A stretch of DNA of 54,035 bases, from NCBI GenBank assembly GCA_964446935.1, contig CAYUQI010000007.1, positions 1 through 54,035 on the forward strand, given 5' to 3'. The translations under genes were made by a program, and so were the position numbers. Positions 37,526 to 46,994 of the stretch are shown in pieces; within the stretch, counting starts at the first letter, position 1, and each line of letters begins with the position of its first letter. Below the pieces are notes generated by a model. The model had not been told where the DNA came from and did no database searches. It was given only the letters and a program-made list of their open reading frames with translations. The stretch is from an uncultured Pseudomonadota bacterium. GTDB taxonomy: Bacteria; Babelota; Babeliae; Babelales; RVW-14.

Positions 37526-40486
37526 ATGTCAGCCGAACAAAAACAGCAAAAAAATCCGTTTCAAGATACGCTCAATCTGCCACGAACTGATTTTTCTATT
37601 CGTGCAAATGCCCAGACCAAAGAACCTGAACTATTGGAGCGCTGGGAGCGAGATGATCTTGCACAGAAGGCTACCGAAAAAAATGATGGTAACAAAAAGT
37701 TTATTCTTCATGATGGACCCCCTTTTGCCAATGGAAACCTCCATATGGGGCATGCTTTGACCTATATCCTTAAAGATATTGTGTGTAAAGCAAAACGTAT
37801 GGATGGGTACTATGCTCCACTGGTGCCGGGGTGGGACTGCCATGGGCTACCTATTGAAGTTAAGGTGTTGACCGAAAAGGGGCTTGAAAAAGACCAGAAC
37901 AAGGTTGATCGAGCAACATTTAAAAAATATTGCAGAGAATTTGCTAATCATTGGATTAAGGTTCAGGAACAAGAGCTTAAAGGGTTTGGTAAACTTGCTG
38001 ATTATAAACATGCATATTTGACGATGAGCCCTGGTTATGAAGCATCTATTCTACGTGCATTGGCTGATTTCGCTGAAAAAGGTTTTATTGAGCGCAGGCT
38101 CAAGTCTGTACCATGGTGCGCCAATTGCCAAACCGTTTTGGCCATTGCTGAAATTGAATACAAGGATCGTTCTGATCCATCATTGTATGTTGCCTTTGCG
38201 CTGCAGGATCAAACAGCGCGAACCATCTTCCCTATGCTGTTTGAAAAGCATCCTGACATACAGCTGAGCTTTGCGGTTTGGACAACAACGCCATGGACAT
38301 TGCCTCTTAATCGTGCCGTTGTGCTTAATCCTACTGCTACCTATGTTGTAATACAGGGCAAATATCCTCAACAGGCACTCATCCTTGCCAAAGAACGGGC
38401 TGAAATTGTGTGTAAAGAAATGGGAATTGAGTACCATGAGTTGGCAGAGTGCGATGCAGATGTGTTTGAAGGCAAGCGTGCGCAACATCCTTTCATTGCT
38501 GGTTTTATGGTGCCTATTCTTTTGGACGCGATGGTTGTACTTGGTGATGGCACAGCCTGCTTGCATTGTGCTCCCGGATGTGGGCCAGAGGACTATGGTT
38601 TGGCTTTACGCAAAGGACTTGAGGTTTATTCTCCGCTCTCAGCTGACGGTCGTTATACCAAGGGCATTGCTCCAGTAGAATTAGAGGGAATGACTATTTT
38701 TGCAGGACAAAAGCGTGTTGTTGAATTGCTTGAAGGCAATGGAACATTACTGCATGTTGGCGCTATAGAGCACTCATATCCTCATTGTTGGCGTTGCCGT
38801 AAGGGACTTATGTTCCGTGCAACAGAGCAATGGTTTTGCGACTTGGCCAAAAATGATCTACTGAAGAATGCATTGACGGAAATCGAAAAAATAAAATTTA
38901 TTCCAGAACGCGGTCGGGCACGTTTATCTTCATTTGTTGCCAATCGAGCAGAATGGTGTATTTCGCGTCAAAAACAGTGGGGCGTTCCAATTCCTGCTAT
39001 CCTGTGCACGGAGTGTAAAGCCGGTATTCTTGATGCGACGATTGTGCGTGCAGTTGCAGAACGTGTTGTTACCGAAGGTATTGAATTTTGGGATCGCATG
39101 AGTGTTCCGCAGCTGATGGCTGAAAAAATATTGCCAAAAGATTTTGCTTGTCCTGAATGTGGTAACAAAGATATTCAAAAATTAGTTCTTGAGCGCGATA
39201 TTCTTGATGTGTGGCTTGAGTCTGGTACCAGTAGCTATGCGGTGCTTGCGCCCAATAAAAAGCTTGGTGTTCCCGCTGATATGTATTTTGAAGGATCGGA
39301 TCAGCATCGTGGATGGTTCCAGAGTTCATTGTTGTGTGGCATGGTGCTTTATGGGCATACGCCAACAAAGACGATTGTTTCGCATGGGTACATTCTTGAT
39401 GAACAACGTAGAAAAATGTCGAAATCATTAGGCAATGTTATTGCCCCAAGTGATATTATTAAAAAATTAAGTCGCGATATTTTGCGGCTGTGGGCGGCAA
39501 GTGTTGATTTTGAAGATGATATGGTGATGTCAGAAAAATTTTTAAGTAATGTCACCGAAGTGTATCGCAAAATTCGCAACACCTTTCGTTATATGGTTGC
39601 TAATCTTTATGATTTTGACATTACCAAAGATGCGATTGAGGTTGAGCGCATGTGGGCACTGGATCAGTATGCGTTGGCAACGCTCCATGAACTTGATACC
39701 AAGGTACGCGATGCATATGATAACTGCCGCTTTGCGGTTGCCAGCCAGTTGCTTAACACCTATTGCACTGAAACATTGAGTGCCGTCTATTTTGATATTT
39801 TAAAAGATCGTTTATATGTAGAAAAGCCCGATAGTCTCGCTCGCCGTTCAGCGCAAACAGTGCTCTATCATCTACTTGATGTGCTTACCAAACTTTCAGC
39901 GCCAATTCTGTCATTTTTATCGGAAGAAGTGTCTGATTTTTATCAAAAAAACAAGCAACAGTCGATTCATTTACAAGATTTTACTCCGGTCCTGGATGTA
40001 TGGGCTCATTTGTCCACGAAGCTTGTTGCAGCGTATCCCAAAGCCTATTTGAGCGGTTTACAGCTCAAGTCTTCAATTGATTATGTAGTACACAAGCAAG
40101 GGTTATGGACGGCATTGACGATGTTGCGCGATGCAGTGCTCAAGGCAATTGAAGTGCAGCGTGAGCAGGGTGTCATTAAGCATCCATATGAAACGAGTGT
40201 AACATTGTTTATTGACCCAACCTCTGATCAATACGCATTGATCAATACCTTTATTGAAGAGTTGAAAGAAAAAGGTGAAGATGTTGATCGATTCTTTAAT
40301 GATTGGTTTATTGTTTCGCAAATTACCATTGTTTCAGACAAAAATGGTTTAGAACAATCATTGGTTCCGTGGACATGGGTGTCTGCAGTGCATGCGCAGG
40401 GAGTTAAGTGCCCTCGTTGTTGGCGATGGGATATTGTTAAGCATCATCAAGACCTCTGTCGTCGTTGCCAGGATGTGCTGAAGTAA
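37526..40486 (+). CDS. ileS: Isoleucine--tRNA ligase (type 1)
   Basis: LHDGPPFANGNLHMGH, GWDCHGLPIE, WTTTPWTLP, WCISRQ..WG, EGSDQHRGWF, KMSKS, C-terminal CPRCW...CRRC zinc finger. Start moved to MSAEQ. Confidence 0.98.
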   Translation: MSAEQKQQKNPFQDTLNLPRTDFSIRANAQTKEPELLERWERDDLAQKATEKNDGNKKFILHDGPPFANGNLHMGHALTYILKDIVCKAKRMDGYYAPLVPGWDCHGLPIEVKVLTEKGLEKDQNKVDRATFKKYCREFANHWIKVQEQELKGFGKLADYKHAYLTMSPGYEASILRALADFAEKGFIERRLKSVPWCANCQTVLAIAEIEYKDRSDPSLYVAFALQDQTARTIFPMLFEKHPDIQLSFAVWTTTPWTLPLNRAVVLNPTATYVVIQGKYPQQALILAKERAEIVCKEMGIEYHELAECDADVFEGKRAQHPFIAGFMVPILLDAMVVLGDGTACLHCAPGCGPEDYGLALRKGLEVYSPLSADGRYTKGIAPVELEGMTIFAGQKRVVELLEGNGTLLHVGAIEHSYPHCWRCRKGLMFRATEQWFCDLAKNDLLKNALTEIEKIKFIPERGRARLSSFVANRAEWCISRQKQWGVPIPAILCTECKAGILDATIVRAVAERVVTEGIEFWDRMSVPQLMAEKILPKDFACPECGNKDIQKLVLERDILDVWLESGTSSYAVLAPNKKLGVPADMYFEGSDQHRGWFQSSLLCGMVLYGHTPTKTIVSHGYILDEQRRKMSKSLGNVIAPSDIIKKLSRDILRLWAASVDFEDDMVMSEKFLSNVTEVYRKIRNTFRYMVANLYDFDITKDAIEVERMWALDQYALATLHELDTKVRDAYDNCRFAVASQLLNTYCTETLSAVYFDILKDRLYVEKPDSLARRSAQTVLYHLLDVLTKLSAPILSFLSEEVSDFYQKNKQQSIHLQDFTPVLDVWAHLSTKLVAAYPKAYLSGLQLKSSIDYVVHKQGLWTALTMLRDAVLKAIEVQREQGVIKHPYETSVTLFIDPTSDQYALINTFIEELKEKGEDVDRFFNDWFIVSQITIVSDKNGLEQSLVPWTWVSAVHAQGVKCPRCWRWDIVKHHQDLCRRCQDVLK

Positions 40487-40491
40487 TTCTT

Positions 40492-41016
40492 ATGACGTGT
40501 TTTTATACCTATATAGATTATCCTGCCGGAAGAATGCTCGTGCGTTCTGATGGCGTTGTTTTAACGGGGTTGTCTTTTGTCGGGCAAAAACATGCTCCTA
40601 CAGTACAACTCGGATGGATAAACAATCCAGCGTTAGATATTTTTTCAGTTGTATCAAACCAATTGTATGAATATTGGCAGGGGAGTAGACATCTTTTTAC
40701 CGTGCCGTATCGATTTACAGAAGGAACAGTCTTTCAGCGCAATGTTTGGCAGGCTCTGGCAAACATTCCTTATGGCCAGACATGCAGTTATTCGACGGTG
40801 GCTGAATCAATAGGCAGGCCAACCGGGGTTCGTGCTGTTGCTGTGGCTATTGCGCATAATCCACTTGCGATCATTGTTCCGTGTCACAGAGTGGTTGGAA
40901 AAATGGGGGATCTGAGAGGGTATGCAGGTGGCATACCTCGGAAAAAAGATTTGCTACTTCTTGAACGTGATCACCACAAAGGTCTTGATCTTACAAATAA
41001 CAAAACAATATCTTAA
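40492..41016 (+). CDS. ogt: Methylated-DNA--protein-cysteine methyltransferase
   Basis: GTVFQRNVWQAL..IPYGQT.SY, RAVA.A...NP..IIVPCHRV, GYAGG...K..LL..E. Confidence 0.95.
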   Translation: MTCFYTYIDYPAGRMLVRSDGVVLTGLSFVGQKHAPTVQLGWINNPALDIFSVVSNQLYEYWQGSRHLFTVPYRFTEGTVFQRNVWQALANIPYGQTCSYSTVAESIGRPTGVRAVAVAIAHNPLAIIVPCHRVVGKMGDLRGYAGGIPRKKDLLLLERDHHKGLDLTNNKTIS

Positions 41017-41144
41017 GCGCCAGATTCTTGCTTTTTCCCGTTTCATAACGCTAAAGTTTTCATGGTTAATTATGCATCCTTGGGGATTCTTACAATGTTT
41101 CATGCTAAACATGTGGGCGCATTGTGGCGCGGGAGTGTTGATCG

Positions 41145-42278
41145 ATGAAGAATCAGGTATCATGTATGGCAATGCTTATTGTATGTGTGTCTTTACAAGC
41201 AATGTTGATAAGTAGCCTTACCGCGCGTGCGTGTATCCGTTTTGCCAATGAGGAACAGTTGCTTGTTGCGAACGATAAATCTCTTTTAGTGTGGAACGTT
41301 GTCGAAAATAAATATTATGACGATACACTTCCATCTGTCAGTTGTAATCTCCTTTATGATTATTCTACTTGTATGATTTCTATTATTGATAATAACCATT
41401 ACCAGGAGCTTTGGCGGTTGGATTGGAATGAGGAGCCTGTGATCTGGAAAAAAATTAATTTGTGTGAAGTAAAAAGTGAGGAAATATCGCGGGAAAAGTG
41501 GAATAAAGAAATCGCGATGTATGCCTCCCCCAATGGATGCCATGTTGTTAGGCTTGGCACCTATGAAGAAACTGAATCTGATTGTACGAGGAAGCACCGA
41601 GATCGTTATCAAGATTGTTCAAAAAAGGGGATTGTTTATACAAGTGCTGATAGTAAGTTTGTTGAAACGCCCGATGCTGTTGAATGGGACTTCGTTTCCC
41701 GGATTTATCTATCAAACGATGGGCAGGTTGTGTTTGTGAATATTTTTAGTGGTTACAATGGAAGCGTGCTATTGCATGGCAAAAATGATACTAATTTTGA
41801 GTGGTGCCCTCGGATACCATCTGCATCGGGATGGTTTTCTTGTTCGGCGCTTTCATCCGACGGCCGCTTCGCTCTTATACGTGCCTCAGATGTACTTGGG
41901 CTTTTTAACATGCGCACAAAACAGTATGTTGCCTTGATGTGTTGTGATGAACAAAAAAAGGCGTTATCGATATGTTCGAAAGCTGAAAAAGATGAGCCAA
42001 TTGACCTTGTTAGTGCAGAGTTTTCTGAAGATGGCAATCGCTTATTATTGCTTACGCATAACAACGATGACAACATTTGTATGCAGGTCTTTGATATAAA
42101 ATCTCAAGCGTTTATTTTTGAAGCTCCCGTTAAAGAGGATGATGCTCGTGTTGCAACGATCTCTCCTTTGGGAAATCGTATAGCCACAATATCAAAACAG
42201 GGAGTGTTGGCCTGCTTTCCTGTATGTGATGACGTTAAACAGCTTATCTCTCAGATGTGTACCTTGTCTCTTGATTAA
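41145..42278 (+). CDS. Secreted WD40-like beta-propeller protein
   Basis: Signal ...SLQA|M; blade motifs YASPNG, YLSNDGQ, ALSSDGRF, FSEDGNR, ISPLGNR. Confidence 0.7.
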   Translation: MKNQVSCMAMLIVCVSLQAMLISSLTARACIRFANEEQLLVANDKSLLVWNVVENKYYDDTLPSVSCNLLYDYSTCMISIIDNNHYQELWRLDWNEEPVIWKKINLCEVKSEEISREKWNKEIAMYASPNGCHVVRLGTYEETESDCTRKHRDRYQDCSKKGIVYTSADSKFVETPDAVEWDFVSRIYLSNDGQVVFVNIFSGYNGSVLLHGKNDTNFEWCPRIPSASGWFSCSALSSDGRFALIRASDVLGLFNMRTKQYVALMCCDEQKKALSICSKAEKDEPIDLVSAEFSEDGNRLLLLTHNNDDNICMQVFDIKSQAFIFEAPVKEDDARVATISPLGNRIATISKQGVLACFPVCDDVKQLISQMCTLSLD

Positions 42279-42290
42279 AAATGTGTTGAT

Positions 42291-42812
42291 TTATGGTCGT
42301 CGATGCCGTGAGCGAAGTACTGGTTGCGAGACCGGTACTGATGCAACGGTGACAGGTGCGATTTTTTCTGCGCGTTGTCTTGATTGCTCAAGTGCGACAC
42401 TAATGTTTGCAGGCATTATAGGAAATCCAATTTTTTGTAATAGTGTTTTGACGGTTATTGTATGTTGAATCGGTGGTTTGATGAAATATTCTGGGTAAAG
42501 GAGCTTGAGGCGTTGATGGTATGCATCCATCAAATTTTCAAGTGCCTTGATAGGGATGAATTGTTGATTATTGTGGATGATAATAAAATTATTAAGTTCT
42601 TGGCGGGTGAGCGCAAGGTCTTCTTGAAGTTCCGCGTAGCTTCGGGGCAGGTTGAAGGTGATCACTATATTTTGCATGTAATTTTCAACCTGGGTTAATG
42701 CCTGAAAAGGTGAGAGCAAGGAGGATGCTACTTCAGTTCCATCTGTGGCTCTTATGGATCTGCTGAGGCACAAGCATACAAAAATAACCAGACCAATTGT
42801 AACGTTTTTCAT
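42291..42812 (-). CDS. Secreted hypothetical protein
   Basis: Signal MKNVTIGLVIFVCLCLSRSIRA; basic C-terminus LRSRHRRP. Confidence 0.65.
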   Translation of the reverse strand: MKNVTIGLVIFVCLCLSRSIRATDGTEVASSLLSPFQALTQVENYMQNIVITFNLPRSYAELQEDLALTRQELNNFIIIHNNQQFIPIKALENLMDAYHQRLKLLYPEYFIKPPIQHTITVKTLLQKIGFPIMPANISVALEQSRQRAEKIAPVTVASVPVSQPVLRSRHRRP

Positions 42813-42820
42813 GGTTTATC

Positions 42821-42928
42821 TTATATTTTAATCATTCGAGCCAATGAGACAATACACGAGATAACTGTGATCAAAAACAGTATTTTGACCACCATCACCT
42901 GGATAAAGGCCTTGTTTTCTGGTTTCAT
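42821..42928 (-). CDS. Small membrane peptide (35 aa) MKPENKAFIQVMVVKILFLITVISCIVSLARMIKI
   Basis: RBS GAGGGAG 5 nt upstream; single hydrophobic helix; stop 8 nt before the next start. Confidence 0.45.
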   Translation of the reverse strand: MKPENKAFIQVMVVKILFLITVISCIVSLARMIKI

Positions 42929-43123
42929 TACGACTCCCTCATTCTCTTTAAGCATGACTTTTTGTAGGTTTTTACAGTCTAATAACCTATTTATAGCATA
43001 AATAAATCATATTCTGATTGTCAATAAAGCAGAAAACGCGAAAGATAAGCAGAATAATATGCTTTTTGTGGCAAAAGAGTTTCAGGTTTTGTCTGAAAAA
43101 TCAGAAATCAAGGAAGGGTATGT

Positions 43124-44533
43124 TTAATTATTGCCTCCAGCACCAACAGCTGCTTTTCTTATTACACCAGCTCCTACGGGAACAGGTACCTTTGCAGCTG
43201 CCTTGCGTGTTTGTAAGCCTTTGGCTGTTTGTATATCGTCTTGGATTTTTTTTAACTGCTTCGTTAAAACAGTTGGCGGGATTGGAAACTGTTCGATGAG
43301 ATTGTCAATGCGAGTTTCGATGTTTTCAAGCTGTGCTGCAAGAGCTGCCCCATCAGCGCCTCTTGTTTGCAGTGCTGTTTTGTTTTGAGTGTATTCCTGT
43401 TCTATTATTCCCCATAAAACATTAGCTCGATCATTAACGATTTGTTCATTAACGTACTTTCTCATGTGCTCCGATAGTAATATTGATTGAGCTTCTGGTT
43501 GTAATGATGTCATTCTCTTGCCGTGTAAACCCTCGTCCTTTTGCAATGTTGCTGCCAACAACAAATGTTTAAACGCACCACCTAAAAGAGTTTCGATTTT
43601 TTTAAATTCTTTGGATAAAAGGTCTCCGTGTTGTTGATCAATATTTTTTAAAGCATCCTCGCTTGGCAACATTGCTTTTAGCGTTTCATATGTTGAGCTA
43701 AGTGCGTCTAATTGTCCTGATATGCCTGTTAAGCTTTTGCGGTGTAAAAGTTCTTTTGCAGCGTCTAGATCTTTTTTGTCGTCAAGTCCACCCAGTGCTG
43801 CTTGAAGTTTATTAGCTACTTGTTTGGCTATGCCGGCAGTTTTGTTATAGGTAGAAAAAATCCCCTTTTCTTGATCTCCGGCAATAGTCTTTCCACCTCG
43901 TCTATTTTTTCCCTCGTCTGTGGTTATTTTATCACCTGATTTGCCGGATAAAGTTGTATCTTGCTTGAGCTCTTCTGGCGTTGTTAGTTTTGATGGGGCT
44001 TCTCCCGTCCATGAAGGCGTATCGCTTGATGGTGTCCAGCCACGGTCTCCACGTGAACTACGATCCCAGGCGTCGCCGCCCCATCTTGATGGGCTATAGG
44101 AAGGACCATACGAAGATGTTGATGGGCGCCAGTGGCTTGCTCTTTCCAGTCGTGCCTTGCGTTGTTGTTCTGCTCTTTTTTCAATTTCATCTCTTTTCTT
44201 TTTCTTTTCATCACGAATTTTTTGCGCTTCTGGTGATTTAGTAAAAGCGCTCAGCTCTTGTGCTACTGATTTGAGTTCTTGCATAGTGGCAAGAATATCT
44301 TGTTCAAGTTTTTGTTGCGGTGTTGCTGACATTGGCTGAGCAATCGGATCTGCTGGAATTTTTGTTGTCAGTGATGTTTCAGATGGCCTTGGTACCGATG
44401 GCTTAGCGATGACCGGAGCTCCTGGTTCTTCAATAGTTTCTTCGTCAGATGAAATATCGGCAGCTGTGCATGGAACTAAAAGAATGATACTAAAGACTAA
44501 CGATAGTAATTTTTTGATACTATTATTTTTCAT
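43124..44533 (-). CDS. Secreted hypothetical protein (coiled coil, Ser/Arg/Gly/Trp low-complexity region)
   Basis: Signal peptide; overlaps the upstream ORF by 11 nt. Confidence 0.75.
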   Translation of the reverse strand: MKNNSIKKLLSLVFSIILLVPCTAADISSDEETIEEPGAPVIAKPSVPRPSETSLTTKIPADPIAQPMSATPQQKLEQDILATMQELKSVAQELSAFTKSPEAQKIRDEKKKKRDEIEKRAEQQRKARLERASHWRPSTSSYGPSYSPSRWGGDAWDRSSRGDRGWTPSSDTPSWTGEAPSKLTTPEELKQDTTLSGKSGDKITTDEGKNRRGGKTIAGDQEKGIFSTYNKTAGIAKQVANKLQAALGGLDDKKDLDAAKELLHRKSLTGISGQLDALSSTYETLKAMLPSEDALKNIDQQHGDLLSKEFKKIETLLGGAFKHLLLAATLQKDEGLHGKRMTSLQPEAQSILLSEHMRKYVNEQIVNDRANVLWGIIEQEYTQNKTALQTRGADGAALAAQLENIETRIDNLIEQFPIPPTVLTKQLKKIQDDIQTAKGLQTRKAAAKVPVPVGAGVIRKAAVGAGGNN

Positions 44534-45536
44534 CGAACATCCTTACGTTTGAGGGGGTAACATTTTTAAGGAGTGTTTCATTGAAGTCTTCAGATATGTC
44601 AGGTGGTGTAAATGGTGCTGCTTCTGGTTGTAGTGGCATCATGGTTGATGGTATCGGCTCCTCTTCTGTCATTAATTCTGCTATGTCAAAGGATGGTTGC
44701 AACTCTTCAGTTTTAGACGCGGATTGTTCTTGGTGTGATGGTTTTGCTAACGGTTGCAGAGGTTGTTTGCTGATGTTGAGCTGGGGTTGTTTGGTTGCGA
44801 ATGTGCGTAAAACGTCTTCTGACTCTTCAGTTTCTTCCATTTCTGGTGTTATGACAACGTCGTCATCGAAGGCTTTTAATTTTTTTGTAAGATTTACTAT
44901 CTTTTTTCGAAGGTCTTTGAGCTTGGGTACAAGTATCTTGTTATCTGTTGGCGGTGTTAGGAAGAGTGATTCATATGCTTTTTTACTTCCGATCGTTTCA
45001 AGAACAATCTCAATGTCGTTACTTATGGCTGTACCCTGTGTCATGAAGGTGTCAACAAAGGCAGGCGAGAATGGGGTCGTTGTACTTACTGCCTTGTTCT
45101 GCAAGGAATCAAGCGTTTTACTGAGGCGCTTGGAAATTTTTTTGTATGCCGCAATTGATCGCCTGGTTGGTTCGATGGTTGTAATCGATCGCCCATCCTT
45201 TTTCTTGGTGACTTTTTGCGTTGCTGGTTCAATAAAGAGCGATTCCGGATCAAGTTTTACTGGTTGTTGATCGGGTGTTATAGCTTCTGTTGTTTCCTTT
45301 TCAATTGTTTGTCCTGCGTTTGGTGTTGGCATTGAAGGCGTTGTTGGAGTTTGTGGTTCCTTTTGTTTTTCCTCGGCTTCAATTTTAGTGAGTTCTTTTT
45401 CGAGTTCTTTGAAGAATTCTTCCATGTCAAAAGGAGGAGTTTCTTGAGCTGCGAGTTCTCCCTGTGTTACCAATGGACACGTAATAAGAATTAATACCGA
45501 TAGGTTTCGTAACCAAGAAAACGGTAGTATGTTCAT
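44523..45536 (-). CDS. Secreted hypothetical protein (acidic, Pro/Thr-rich)
   Basis: RBS AAGGA; signal peptide; FDMEEFFKELEKEL helix. Confidence 0.75.
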   Translation of the reverse strand: MNILPFSWLRNLSVLILITCPLVTQGELAAQETPPFDMEEFFKELEKELTKIEAEEKQKEPQTPTTPSMPTPNAGQTIEKETTEAITPDQQPVKLDPESLFIEPATQKVTKKKDGRSITTIEPTRRSIAAYKKISKRLSKTLDSLQNKAVSTTTPFSPAFVDTFMTQGTAISNDIEIVLETIGSKKAYESLFLTPPTDNKILVPKLKDLRKKIVNLTKKLKAFDDDVVITPEMEETEESEDVLRTFATKQPQLNISKQPLQPLAKPSHQEQSASKTEELQPSFDIAELMTEEEPIPSTMMPLQPEAAPFTPPDISEDFNETLLKNVTPSNVRMFDEK

Positions 45537-45634
45537 AATTGTATCCTTTCTAAAATTTGCTTGTTTCTATTAGAAATTTTAATTAATGATGATTATAAAA
45601 GTCAACTAACCGTATGATTATGAAAGGAAAGAGA

Positions 45635-45979
45635 ATGCTACAACGTCAAGGCTTTTTAATAATTGAGTTTGTTGTTGCTTTGGTAGTGCTGGGAATTGTG
45701 GCAGTAGTTGTGTTGCGTCTTGTATCGCAGGTAACCATGATGCATTATGATATTGTTGATAAAACAGACATCGTGAATGCTTTGTGTTCTGCTGCTGAAG
45801 GTGGTTCGAGGCGCATGATGCATGATGCTCGATTTGATATTTCTGAGGAAAAAGTGAAGTTGTTGCCTTTGCAGACAACCCCATTGGTAGCTCATATGGT
45901 TGAATTAAAACGCATGTGCGCGCGGAGTACTACGAAGAAAGTTGCTCAACCTTTGACGTTGACGGTTGCGAGCGTATGA
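45635..45979 (+). CDS. Prepilin-type protein (GspI/PilV-like minor pilin)
   Basis: Class III signal QG|FLIIEFVVALVVLGIV with Glu at +5. Confidence 0.75.
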   Translation: MLQRQGFLIIEFVVALVVLGIVAVVVLRLVSQVTMMHYDIVDKTDIVNALCSAAEGGSRRMMHDARFDISEEKVKLLPLQTTPLVAHMVELKRMCARSTTKKVAQPLTLTVASV

Positions 45980-46512
45980 AAATAACGAAAGCCTTTACGC
46001 TTGTTGAACTCATGGTGTATACAACCTTGCTCGTATTTTTAGCATTATTAATTGGTGGATTTGCGCGTGTCGTGTTTATTCCATTAGCTCAAAGTGGAAG
46101 TCATATGATGTCAACAATTAAAGTTGCAATAGCGCTTGATGTGATGTGTAGGGACCTGCGTTCAGCATCAATGAATGTGGCACGGTGGGATGTGGACCAT
46201 GCAGTGTTTTGTAAAGAATATTTGAATGCACAAGGGGCACCGTGTTCAGTCTGCGTGAGCTGGGAGGTTTGTGCATTGAAGGGTGATAAGCAAGGGTTAC
46301 GGCGCAGCGAGGGTACCTATAATTTTGCCACGCATCAATGGAGTGCAAAAACGGTTAGTGTTATTGCGTGTCCGCTTACCTCGTTACATATGCAACTTAT
46401 CATGGATAAACATCGAATGTATGTTGAGCACGTGTGTGTGACATATGTTGTTCGTAACGATCCGATGGCCCATTCAATTGTCATTGCGCCACGAGCGCGG
46501 GTGTTGCAATGA
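45976..46512 (+). CDS. Prepilin-type protein (GspJ/PilW-like)
   Basis: KA|FTLVELMVYTTLL; ATGA overlap with the previous gene. Confidence 0.8.
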   Translation: MKITKAFTLVELMVYTTLLVFLALLIGGFARVVFIPLAQSGSHMMSTIKVAIALDVMCRDLRSASMNVARWDVDHAVFCKEYLNAQGAPCSVCVSWEVCALKGDKQGLRRSEGTYNFATHQWSAKTVSVIACPLTSLHMQLIMDKHRMYVEHVCVTYVVRNDPMAHSIVIAPRARVLQ

Positions 46513-46994
46513 TGGAAAAACATGACGGCGCAGCGCTGCTGCTTGTTTTGTCTATTGTGCCGTTTGTTAGTGCTTTTATGTTACATCTTTGGTTTGTGGG
46601 ATGCTTTTATTATGATCTGGCAGTTGAACGTGAGGCATGCTATAAAACGTTGTATGTTACTGATACACTATTGAAGATTGGCCTTTTGATGGTGTGTGAT
46701 CGTTTTGATCATTATCAGCGTACTATCATCAAAAGAAACGATGTCAGTACCATAGATTACTCATCATTGGTTGCTCTGTGCGGAGGCAAGAAAGAATGGA
46801 ATTCATGGATACACGTGTTTCGTTGTTCTGAGAAACGAAGTTCATCATCACTGTGTGTGCATGCAACATTATTTGATCAACACCATTGTCTCTGCCAATT
46901 GCGTTGTTTACTTACTCGAGTAGCGCAGCGTCACGATGGGAAAGGAACGGTGCAATATGTTGTTTCTCATTATACTATCGGCACTCCTGTTTGA
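46509..46994 (+). CDS. GspK/PilX-like minor pilin
   Basis: DG|AALLLVLSIV start lacking Glu+5 (typical of K/PilX); ATGA overlap; third gene of the trio. Confidence 0.55.
   Translation: MMEKHDGAALLLVLSIVPFVSAFMLHLWFVGCFYYDLAVEREACYKTLYVTDTLLKIGLLMVCDRFDHYQRTIIKRNDVSTIDYSSLVALCGGKKEWNSWIHVFRCSEKRSSSSLCVHATLFDQHHCLCQLRCLLTRVAQRHDGKGTVQYVVSHYTIGTPV

Noticed and set aside
44581-45270. 229-aa plus-strand ORF and similar long antisense ORFs (6042, 8878, 12988, 26519)
   Set aside because: Antisense to better-supported genes, no RBS, and composition mirrors the low-complexity sense strand.
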